From: Octopus sinensis
Taxonomy: Eukaryota
Direction of reading: 5' to 3'
NCBI RefSeq assembly: GCF_006345805.1
Contig: NC_043023.1
Coordinates: 10,416,001-10,480,000 of the forward strand
DNA: 64,000 bases
Every line of letters starts with the position of its first letter. Positions within the stretch are counted from its first letter, which is position 1. Shown in pieces: positions 52,204-64,000 of the stretch. A program made the translations under genes and the position numbers. The notes beneath the pieces are model-generated. The model was not told where the DNA came from. It worked only from the letters and a program-made list of their open reading frames with translations, and did not search any database.

Positions 52204-53421
52204 ATGGAAAATGAATTATATCGGAGTGAAGTTGAATGTAAAAGAGAGTCTGAAGAAATTGATTTTTCTGATGAGGAAAAGAATGAAAAGGGCAAAACAT
52301 CATTTGATTGTGATATCTGTGGCAAGTCGTTCTCTCAGAAAGCTAACTTAGTCATTCACGAACGTACTCATACAGGAGAAAAACCATATCACTGTGAAAT
52401 CTGTGGTAAAACTTTTTCTCAAAACAATCACTTAACTAGGCACAAGCATGTTCATACAGGAGAAAAACCATATCACTGTGAAATCTGTGACAAATCTTTT
52501 TCTCAAAATAATCAGTTAACTATGCACAGGCGTGTTCATACAGGAGAAAAACCATATCACTGTGAAATCTGTGACAAGTCTTTTTCTCAAAACCATCACT
52601 TAACTATGCATAGGCGTGTTCATACAGGAGAAAAACCATATCACTGTGAAATCTGTGGTAAATCTTTCTCTCGAAACAATAACTTAACCAAGCACAAGCA
52701 TGTTCATACAGGAGAAAAACCATATCATTGTGAAATCTGTGGTAAATCTTTCTCTCGAAACAATCACTTAACTAGGCACAAGAGTTTTGTTCATACAGGA
52801 GAAAAACCATATCACTGTGAAATCTGTGACAAATCTTTTTCTCAAAATGATCACTTAACTATGCACAGGCGTGTTCATACAGGAGAAAAACCATATCACT
52901 GTGAAATCTGTGACAAATCTTTTTCTCAAAACGATCACTTAACTATGCATAGGCGTGTTCATACAGGAGAAAAACCATATCACTGTGAAATCTGTGGTAA
53001 ATCTTTCTCTCGAAACAATAACTTAACCAAGCACAGGCATGTTCATACAGGAGAAAAACCATATCATTGTGAAATCTGTGGTAAATCTTTCTCTCGAAAC
53101 GAATGCTTAACCAAGCACAAGCGTGTTCATACAGGAGAAATGCCATATCACTGTGAAATCTGTGGTAAATCTTTCTCTCGAAACGAATGCTTAAACAAGC
53201 ACAAGCGTGTTCATACAGGAGAAAAACCACATCACTGTGAAATCTGTGGTAAATCCTTTTCTCGAAACGATAACTTAACCAAGCACAAGCGTGTTCATAC
53301 AGGAGAAAAGCCATATCACTGTGAAATCTGTGGTAAATCTTTTTCTCAAAACGATCACTTAACTATGCACAGGCGTGTTCATACAGGAGAAAAGCCATAT
53401 CACTGTGAAATCTGTGATTAA
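52204..53421 (+). CDS. C2H2 zinc-finger protein, 13 complete fingers; premature TAA within finger 14
   Basis: ATG at 52204; gat TAA tct at 53419 where paralogous fingers have aaa; frame stays open to TGA 53794. Confidence 0.85.
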   Translation: MENELYRSEVECKRESEEIDFSDEEKNEKGKTSFDCDICGKSFSQKANLVIHERTHTGEKPYHCEICGKTFSQNNHLTRHKHVHTGEKPYHCEICDKSFSQNNQLTMHRRVHTGEKPYHCEICDKSFSQNHHLTMHRRVHTGEKPYHCEICGKSFSRNNNLTKHKHVHTGEKPYHCEICGKSFSRNNHLTRHKSFVHTGEKPYHCEICDKSFSQNDHLTMHRRVHTGEKPYHCEICDKSFSQNDHLTMHRRVHTGEKPYHCEICGKSFSRNNNLTKHRHVHTGEKPYHCEICGKSFSRNECLTKHKRVHTGEMPYHCEICGKSFSRNECLNKHKRVHTGEKPHHCEICGKSFSRNDNLTKHKRVHTGEKPYHCEICGKSFSQNDHLTMHRRVHTGEKPYHCEICD

Positions 53422-54337
<916 letters not shown>

Positions 54338-55390
54338 GGAATAGATTCATTTCCCAAGTTACAGACATTGTTTATGAGTTTTATTTTTCAAGCACAACAT
54401 CCAAATTTTGAAAGTTTCTACTACCATAACAAATGCACCTGTGTCTTACCAAGAAGTTTATAAAGAGCAAAGGAATGCTTCTCAGTAAACAACTCTAGAC
54501 TTGTTTCTTTGCTTGTGAATCAGTGGTCACGTCTACTAATGATGGTGTCCCTGAGTCTTTTCAAAGTGATTCAGAAAACAGTTATAATAATAATATTTTG
54601 TCTATTCTAAATGATCTTGACATTGTTTTTGACTTTACATAAAATATTCTTTACATTCTACTGTTGTTTTATTGTCATTTATTTACAAGTATTATAAATT
54701 TTATTGGTAAAATATTTTTCTGGGAATGAATTACAATTTATTACATTGCTTCTATGGGAAATGATTGCTTTGCTTTATGAGTTTTCCCTTTAGGAGCAAT
54801 CTCCAGGAAGAAATTAACTCATATATCAAGGCATTATTGTATCTGACATTATTTTGGCACAAGGCCAGCGATTTCAGGGGAAGGAGTAAGTTGAATAACC
54901 ACATGGATCAGCATGTGTGCTTTTTACATGAACTAGCACAAATGCTTCTTACAGGGAGTGGCATTGCACGATATACCTATATATATAAAGCTGAAGTTGT
55001 CTGTGTGTGTGTGGCAGGTTATTTAGCCTTCAACTAACACTATCTCTACCGAGACACTGAGGCGCAAGTTGACCAAAATTGAGAGTATGATAGAAGAAGG
55101 CTTGCTCTTCCTTCCGTAGAAGAAAAAATTCAAATCGCACCATGTCAACAACAAAAATTATTTAGATCAGAAAGGTGCTTTTTTTCTAGGAAAATCCCTA
55201 TTTTTTATGATTCTTTGACTGCTGTGTCACCATTTTTTGGTGTATTTCAACCAGAAAAATGTTCACTTTAAGAGAATAACAAGCTACATAATGCAAGATT
55301 TTTACTTTTCAAAAATTCCAATTCTAAATGGTCAAAAAGAAAACAAATGCGAGCAACACTTGGCGATTCTTGTATGATATATATATACAT

Positions 55391-56601
55391 AGGGTCTTCA
55401 CAAGTGTCACAAGCAGGAAGGTATGCACAGGTGGACTGACTACATCCCAGAAAACAACTTCCGTCACTTTCCAGGGGGAAAAATTAGAAGTAGTTAATAG
55501 CTTCCGTTATCTAGGTGACCAAGTCAGTAGTGGGGGTGGGTGCGCTGAGAGTGTAACTGCTGGAATAAGAATAGCCTGGGCAAAGTTTAGGGAGCTCTTA
55601 CCTCTGCTGGTGACTAAAGACCTCTTGCTCAGAGTAAAAGGCAGACTGTATGATGCATGTGTACGAACTCCCATGCTACATGGCAGTGAAACATGGGCCG
55701 TGACTGCTGAGGACATGCGTAAGCTCATGAGGAATTAAGCCAGTATGTTCCGATGGATGTGTAATGTCAGTGTACTTACTCGACAGAGCGTTAGTTCCTT
55801 GAGAGAAATGTTGTACCTAAGAAGCATCAGTTGTGGTGTGCAAGAGAGACGATTGTGCTGGTATGGTCATGTGGCGAGAATGGATGAAGATAGGTGTGTG
55901 AGAAAGTGCCAATCCCTAGCAGTTGAGGAAACCCGTGGAAGAGGTAGACCCAGGAAAACCTGGGACAAGGTGGTGAAGCACGACCTTCGAACGTTAGGTC
56001 TCACCATGGAAATGACTAGAGACCGAGACCTATGGAAGTATGCTGTGCGTGAGAAGACCCGGCAAGACTAGTGAAGCCATAACCCGTGGCCCCTACCTGG
56101 GACGTAGTCAGTCCACCTGTGCATACCTTCCTGCTTGTGACACTTGTGAAGACCTGTTGAGGCAAGTGAAAATCAAATCAAACCAAATCAAAATAGATGA
56201 ACATCAATGGAATTTGTATCCTTGTGGTACCAGTGCCGGTGGCACATAAGAAAACACCGAAAACACAACCCGAGCGTGGCCGTCTGCCAGCCTCGTCTGG
56301 CACCTGTGTCGGTGGCACATAAAAAACACCATCCGAGCGTGGCCGTCTGTCAGCCTCGTCAGGCACCTGTGTTGGTGGCACATAAAAAACACCATCAGAG
56401 CGTGGCCGTCTGCCACCTGTGTCGTTGGCACATAAAATCACCCACTACACTCTCGGAGTGGTTTGCGTTAGGAAGGGCATCCACCTGTAGAAACACTGCC
56501 AGATCTGACTGGCCTGGTGCAGCCTTCGGGCTCCCCAGACCCCAGTTGAACCGTCCAACCCATGCTAGCATGGAAAGCGGACGTTAAACGATGATGATGA
56601 T
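55391..56601 (+). mobile_element. 5'-truncated RTE with an inverted 5' piece
   Basis: ORF2 C-terminus (FRYLGDQ...GRPRKTW), modular 3' UTR, (GAT)n tail; inserted in the TA run at the Helitron 3' end; paralogs at about 31133 and 49195 lack it. Confidence 0.9.
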
Positions 56602-58847
56602 ATATATATATATATATATGAAGTTATTATGTAACTTCTCATATATATTTGAAGGCGCATGGCTCAATCGTGAGTTCAATTCCTGTCATCTTCATCACAT
56701 TGAACAATGTTAAAGGTTAAAGGGTCAAAGCGAAATGCAGCCACATTTTCTCCACAAAACTACTTTAAAACGTTTTCCAATGGCTGAATGACGAAACGTA
56801 TTAATCTGGTTTCTGCCCTAAATATTCTGGTAAAGTAAGGATGCATCTTGTACACCAGCAAATACTCAGTGAAGTGCAAGTTAATTCATAATTAGCCAAC
56901 GCCGTTGCCAAACACTGAAGAATCTTGTTTAATAATTTGGCTAATTTAGTGAAATTCAAAAGTTACTCCAATACTGATTCGGTGTAAGGAATGGAAACCT
57001 ACTTATTTCCCCTTTAATTTCTATTTACTTTCTTAAATCTCCCATACTGAAGGATTATGCTTATTAGAGCCATGCTATCCATGCCAACCGTGTACAATTA
57101 CTAACATTTTCTCACACTAAACCATCCCTCTTACTAAAAATATCCTTCTTCTAGAGGATGGGGTTTAGTCAACTGGTACTTATTTTATCGACCCCGAAAC
57201 GATGAAAGACCCAATCGACCATGGTGGAATTTGAACTGAGAACTGTGGGATGACGTCAGCGGCTAGGAAGCTGACCGGAAGAGGAAGGGTGCGTACAGGG
57301 TTGGGGCGATTGCGCCCTTTTCGATCGGGGAAGTTGTGAGTGCATGACGTGTCAGTGCTTCGACTAGGTGAGGGATAGCATCTGCTATTTTTAGCGTTTC
57401 GGGACGGGCCACGTGGAAGGGTACATTACCATCTGACAGATATGGGTCAACGAAGAGAAGGTACGTGTCTTACTTCTAATCTCCCGCATTCACTACGATC
57501 GTAGCGACGGTCGAAATAGCGGTTAGCATTTCGTCCGGCCTGCTAACGATCCTGCCAGCTCGCCGCCCTGCAAAATACGTTATATGCTTTGGGCAGATAG
57601 GTTGTCCAAGCGGTCACCCATCTAAGTACCCTGCAGGCTGGACATTGCTTCACTTCGGTGATCAGGCGAGACAAGGTGCAATCAGCATTATATGGCTGTA
57701 ATAACAATATTAACAGTTTCAAAACATTCGCATTTTCTGAAGGTGGTAAAGTAGAGTTTGGTCAGTCGCTCGTAGAAGTTATTCTCCTTCATATAATTAT
57801 TTCTTCAGTTATCTGCTAGAAGCAAAGTTTTTATTAAAAGGCCTACTGATGGTGGTTTGGGGGAGTTAGTAACTACCACCGACCTCTTGTTTTGAATAGG
57901 TCTTTATTTTATTCATCCCAAAGCAATGAAAGGTAATATTGACGTCGGTGGGATTTCGTTTCGGTAATTAAAGCAAACCAATGTATGTTTTATACATTCC
58001 CCTTTTTTATAAGTTTTTGTCAGTGATATTTCTTGTGTCAGATATTCTTTGATCTCGTCTGAAATTAATGATTTTTCTGGATGAATTTCTACTTTTGTAT
58101 CAAAACTGAAGGGGAAAGGACTATTTCGAAGATAACGAGTGAGATTAAATTGTGAGTGAAGTAATAATTTCTTCTTATTTTATATTAAAATTCGTTTTCT
58201 CTTTGTACAAACCTGTTTTAGTGGGAAATCTTAACAATATTCAAGATTTCTTTACATTTTCCCGATCATAAATGCTATTTGTAAACCTGCTGAATTTATG
58301 AAGATTAAATTATTTATAGAAAAATACGTTTTTATGAAATTTGCTATAAATACCATTCAGAATGTGTATATTAGAATTCTATCGGAATTTAATATGAAAA
58401 TATAAATTTGGTGGGCTCGTACACATGAAAGTTAAAATTTTAAAAGAAATTCTGGATTTGTCTCAGTATGTATGTGTATTTGTGTGTCTTTGTGTTAGTG
58501 TTTCTTCCCCTCCCATTCCCGCTTAACAAACGGTGTTGGTATATTTACATCCCTGGAACTTTCGGCAGCAGACTGATAAAATGAGTGCCAGGCATAAAAA
58601 ACAAATACATATATATATATATATCATGGTGATCTATGTAAAGGGCATCTATACTGCTCTGCATAAAAAACACCCATACAAGGACCATGTGAGAAGATCT
58701 CAATACAATCTCTAAAGTGGTGGGCATTAAGAAGAGTGTCCAGCTGTAGAAAGCAATCTAAATCAGGCAGGAACTGGGGGCAGCACTCCTGTTTGCCAGC
58801 ACAGGTCAAACCAACCAACCTAGGGAAGCATGGTAAATGGACATTAA

Positions 58848-59878
58848 CCCTTTCCTTACTATATTTCTGACTAAAATACACCCCTCATGAGTTTCAATTA
58901 AATTCTAAAATAATCATTAATCTAGGCTTGTTTCATTAAATAACTGTAACTTTTTTACTTATCAACATCTTAATGTGATATTTGGAACATAATGAAAGAA
59001 TGGGTTCTTAATCAATTCTATTGCATAACTTTTGTCTCAAATTGACTTTAATTACAGGTAAATTGAGCAAAAGGTAAAAATATTAAAATTTTGTTTAAAT
59101 TTCACCATAGAAAATGAATCATCAGCTAATATTCAAATGGGTATGCAACAAAATTTTGATAAAGAAGAATTGTGCACATCACTATATCATCAGTTGAATT
59201 TAATGCACAACAGGTGTACCATAAAGGTGGAATAAACTGAAATATTGGAATCCACCGTATGTTTGACCGAACTAAAGAAATCGGTCAAAAAATAATATAC
59301 GGCCCTGGTTTTGGTAAGGAAGTGATAAATTCCAGACCACATCGTTCCCTAGGCCATGCTGACTAACATTATTTTCCCTGTATAAGAACTAAATCCACAC
59401 AGTACCCAGTATTTGCTTCACAAATTTTCCGAAATTTAAACCCCCATTTTGGGTTTGTTTACATTCTGCGAAATTTTTGTTTCCGCATTGATCGCTTCAA
59501 ACAATAACTTCCAGACCACATCATACCCTAAACCATGCTGACTAACATTAGTTTCCTTGTATAAAAACTAAATCCACAACAGTACCCAGTATTTGTTTCA
59601 CAAATTTTCCAATTCGGAATCAATGCTTGATAACGTGAAACTCCTATCTATTTTCAAAGTTGAAGAAAAATCGATGCCGAAAAAAATGTGGAAAAAAATC
59701 TCCCAAAATTCAGGGAATTAAAATTACACATCGATCATTGTACAAAACTGTAGATGAACAGTTTAGGAAGTATAATCACGTGTTTTCACGAATGTACTAA
59801 AGAGATTTGCTCTGATATTCTCATTTAAAAATGAATAGGTAAATTCGGGCGGCTTTGGTCGGTTTGGTAACGAAAGGG
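58848..59878. mobile_element. 1031-bp non-autonomous piggyBac element
   Basis: TTAA 58844 and 59879; TIR ccctttc(c/g)ttac; single-TTAA empty site at 27217-27220; internal direct repeat with about 180-bp period. Confidence 0.92.
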
Positions 59879-60464
59879 TTAAATGTAAAAAGCTGTGCCA
59901 AAACTGACCTTGCCTGTGATCTTTCCACTTGAAATGTACTCAATACACTCTGTGGTATGGTTGGTGTTAGGAAGAGCATCCAGCTGTAAAAGCTGAGCCA
60001 AAACAGACACACAAGTCTGGGGCAGTCTTCTGACTGACCACCTCCTACCAAACCATCCAGCAGATACTGGTATTGAAGGCAGACATTAAATGAAGGGGAT
60101 CAGGAAACGAGAATCCTGGCAGTTTGCTGTGTTTGAAAAGACACATCAAGCTAAGTAAAAGCATGGTTGCCCTTGCATACAAGTTTGTCCCTTGCAACCC
60201 CCTCCAGCTGTACATCCCTAATCCTGCAGGCTCATGGGTGCTGATACCACGTAAAAAAACACCCAGTACATTGTGTAAAGGGTTTGTGTTAGAAAGGGCA
60301 TCCAGACATAGAAACTATTTTAAGATAGAGATGGGGCCTGATCAGCCCTTCAGCTGGTTAGCTCCTTTCAAATCATCCAACCCATGCCAGTGTGTAAAAT
60401 GGAATTTAAATGATGATGAAGTAATAATTTAAAATTTATATATATACACCTTATAGTATACCAT

Positions 60465-60737
60465 TGCCTTTCTGAGCGAACAATTTGCCACAGATAACAC
60501 AGTGATATGACTTCTCACCTGTATGGACGCGTCTGTGCCTAGTCAAGCCTTGATTTCGAGAGAATGATCTACCACAGGTATCACAATGATATGGCTTCCC
60601 TCCTATATGAATACGTCGGTGAGTGAGTAGGTTAGTTTTCCGAGAGAATAATTTACCACAGGTATCACAATCATATGATGTCTTGCCCTCTTCATTCTTT
60701 ACATCATCAGATAAATCAATTATTTTAGATAGCCTTC
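60465..60737 (-). pseudogene. Inverted ZNF coding fragment (leader end plus 2.5 fingers)
   Basis: IIDLSDDVKNEEGKTSYDCDTCGKLFSRKTNLLTHRRIH...CVICGKLFAQ; absent at the paralogous site near 27800. Confidence 0.9.
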
Positions 60738-62026
60738 CCACTGTATTTGGCTATCTGATGTCATCTACAGTATGGATATAAATGACACTGGATTTATTTG
60801 AGGAATTCCTTCATGTCAGTAGAGTTTAAAAAATGAGAGAAAGAGAAAGAAAATAGAATTTCCAAGACTAGTATTCACTATGATTGTTTCAACCCATCGT
60901 GCATCTGTGCCTCGCAGGTGAGATTCTGTACGAACAGTTGTGGGGCATCCTTTGATGCAGACATGTCCCATCAGGTGACTTATCAAATGGTTCCTCATAT
61001 TTAAATTTCTGTTTTGCTTATTTCGATAAGAATTCATTTTGGTACTTGGGACATGTCAAGCTTCTTTCAGTTTCCATCAACCATATCTTTGATTGGCCAC
61101 TCTGGGACTGAACCCAGGACCGTGTGGTTGGGAAGCCAACTTCTTACCACACAACCATCCCTGCACTTCTACAGCCATGTCTATATAAAAATGTAGTAAA
61201 ACTTTCACTGCTTTAATCTCTCTAATTCCTAATTATCTTGTATGTTTTACACTGTTGTTTCTCTTTCGTTTCAGATTATCAGATGACATCTGCTTCACAG
61301 GATTTTTACATAAGCAACGTCATTAGAATGGAAAGTCTTTTGAAGACTGAGCAAAGATGTTATACAAAACACGTATAACCCTGTTTCTATGAATATTTAC
61401 TGAATTACTGCAAAATATATCTGGGGAACTCTGACATATATGTAGCAAAATTTCTCTTCTTTATTGTCTGGAATACACAGAAAATTATATTTGCATATTA
61501 ATTAATCATTTAGCATTTAAACTAGCACAAATATTCTGACCTCTCACACTCACCCTGCCGTGTCAGTTTAAACATAAACAATCAAATCACTGAAGTCTCA
61601 AAGCTATGAGATAATCCATGATTAATTCAAAACAATATGAATAAATAAGCATTACATTTCACAAAGGAATCTCAATGCTAAACGGTTAAACTGGCCATAT
61701 TTTTGTGTGTTTTATATTCATACTAGCCAGATCCCACCCCTCACACCCACCCTACAAGGTCATTCTAAAAATAAACAATCACAACATTGAAATCTGAACA
61801 TGATAACATAATGAATGATTAATTCAGAAGAATTTCAATAAACATTCTATTTGACTGATTAATCTGAATGTTAATGAGTTAAAGCAATTAAGAAGGCAGT
61901 TTGCAGCATCTTCAGATATTAACAAAGATCACTTTTGATGGAGATATATCAGTAGAAATATTTGTTCAGAGCAATATACGAGAAGAAGGAAAACCTTTGT
62001 GTACTGTGACGAGAGAAAGGAAAATT

Positions 62027-63004
62027 ATGGAAAATGAATTATATCGGAGTGAAGTTGAATGTAAAAGAGAGTCTGAAGAAATTGATTTTTCTGATGAGGA
62101 ACACAACGAAAAGGGCAAAACATCATTTGATTGTGATATCTGTGGCAAGTCGTTCTCTCAGAAAGCTAAGTTAGTCATTCACGAACGTACTCATACAGGT
62201 GAAAAACCATATCACTGTGAAATCTGTGGTAAATCTTTCTCTGAAAATGGTCATTTAACTACCCACAAACGCATTCATACAGGTGAGAAGCCATATCGCT
62301 GTGATATCTGTGATAAATCATTCTCTCAAAGTTCTAACTTAACCAATCACAAGCGTGTTCATACGGGAGAAAAACCATATCACTGTGAAATCTGTGGTAA
62401 ATCTTTCTCTCGAAACGAAAGCTTAACGAGGCACAAGAGTGGTGTTCACACAGGAGAGGCACCATATCACTGTGAAATCTGTGACAAATCTTTTTCTCAA
62501 AACGATCACTTCACTATGCACAGGCGTGTTCATACAGGAGAAAAACCATATCACTGTGAAATCTGTGGTAAATCTTTCTCTCGAAACAAAAGCTTAACTA
62601 GGCACAGGCGTGTTCATACAGGAGAAAAACCATATCACTGTGAAATCTGTGGTAAATTTTTCTCTGAAAACGGTACCTTGACCAAGCACAAGCGTGTTCA
62701 TACAGGAGAAGAACCATATCACTGTGAAATCTGTGGTAAATCTTTCTCTCGAAACGATCACTTAACCATGCACAGGCGTGTTCATACAGGAGAAAAACCA
62801 TATCACTGTGAAATCTGTGGTAAATCTTTCTCTCGAAACGATACCTTAACCAAGCACAAGTGTGTTCATACAGGAGAAAAACCATATCACTGTGAAATCT
62901 GTGGTAAATCTTTCTCTCGAAACGATACCTTAACCAAGCACAAGTGTGTTCATACAGGGGAGAAGCCATATCATTGTGATATCTCTGGTAAATCATTTTC
63001 TTAA
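62027..63004 (+). CDS. C2H2 zinc-finger protein, 10 fingers
   Basis: First ATG at 62027; stop CAA>TAA inside a broken 11th unit (CDISGK). Confidence 0.9.
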   Translation: MENELYRSEVECKRESEEIDFSDEEHNEKGKTSFDCDICGKSFSQKAKLVIHERTHTGEKPYHCEICGKSFSENGHLTTHKRIHTGEKPYRCDICDKSFSQSSNLTNHKRVHTGEKPYHCEICGKSFSRNESLTRHKSGVHTGEAPYHCEICDKSFSQNDHFTMHRRVHTGEKPYHCEICGKSFSRNKSLTRHRRVHTGEKPYHCEICGKFFSENGTLTKHKRVHTGEEPYHCEICGKSFSRNDHLTMHRRVHTGEKPYHCEICGKSFSRNDTLTKHKCVHTGEKPYHCEICGKSFSRNDTLTKHKCVHTGEKPYHCDISGKSFS

Positions 63005-63315
<311 letters not shown>

Positions 63316-64000
63316 GGAATAGATTCATTTCCCAAGTTACAGACATTGTTTATGAGTTTTATTTTTCAAGCACAACATCCAAATTTTGAAAGTTTCTACT
63401 ACCATAACAAATGCATCTGTGTCTTACCAAGAAGTTTATAAAAAGCAAAGGAATGCTTCTCAGTAAACAACTCTAGACTTGTTTCTTGTGAATCAGTGGT
63501 CACGTCTACAAATGATGGTGTCCCTATGATCTTGACATTGTTTTTGACTTTACATAAAATATTCTTTACATTTTACTGTTGTTTTATTGTCATTTATTTA
63601 CAAGTATTATAAATTTTATTGGTAAAATATTTTTCTAGAAATGAATTACAATTTATAACATTGCTTCTATGGAAAATTATTGCTTTGCTTTATGAGTTTT
63701 CCCTTTAGGAGCAATCTCCAGTAAGAAATTAACTCATATATCAAGGCATTATTGTATCTGACATTATTTTAGCACAAGGCCAGCAATTTCAGGGGAAGGA
63801 GTAAGTTGAATAACCACATGGATCAGCATGTGTGCTTTTTACATGAACTAGCACAAATGCTTCTTACAGGGAGTGGCATTGCACGATATATCTATATATA
63901 TAAAGCTGAAGTTGTCTGTGTGTGTGGCTGGTTTGGTAGCCCTCAACTAACACTATCTCCTCCGAGGCTCTGCGGTGCAAGTTGACCAAAATTGAGAGGA

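Overview
AT-rich, repeat-dense animal DNA, most likely coleoid cephalopod (Octopus-like). That assignment is an inference from the SINE/RTE types, the (TA)n load and the KRAB-less C2H2 cluster. The window is a C2H2 zinc-finger gene cluster with seven array ORFs. Two divergent ones are on the minus strand (1465-2331, 7782-8540). Five are on the plus strand and sit in 5-7 kb tandem segmental duplications (ORFs from 28982, 33990, 45617, 52204, 62027). There are also a leader-only fragment, an antisense finger fragment and non-coding tails of dead fingers. The duplications expose empty and filled sites, so insertion histories can be read directly. Mobile DNA includes RTE, CR1-clade and Penelope retroelements, tRNA-type SINEs, 5S-derived pieces, non-autonomous Helitrons, piggyBac elements, Tc1/mariner remnants and MITEs. 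Main observations: (1) the young arrays are near-identical 84-bp minisatellites varying mainly at DNA-contact positions -1/+2/+3/+6, as in PRDM9, with older fingers dead in the 3' tail; (2) a 253-bp CRE/ETS/E-box/splice-donor cassette is inserted in an antisense SINE upstream of three genes and is absent at a paralogous site; (3) an antisense finger fragment lies in the predicted intron of a finger gene; (4) a 31-codon upstream ORF is kept in all five plus-strand copies. All gene models are predictions from sequence only. The many Y/I/M/C-rich ORFs in the track are microsatellite artefacts.
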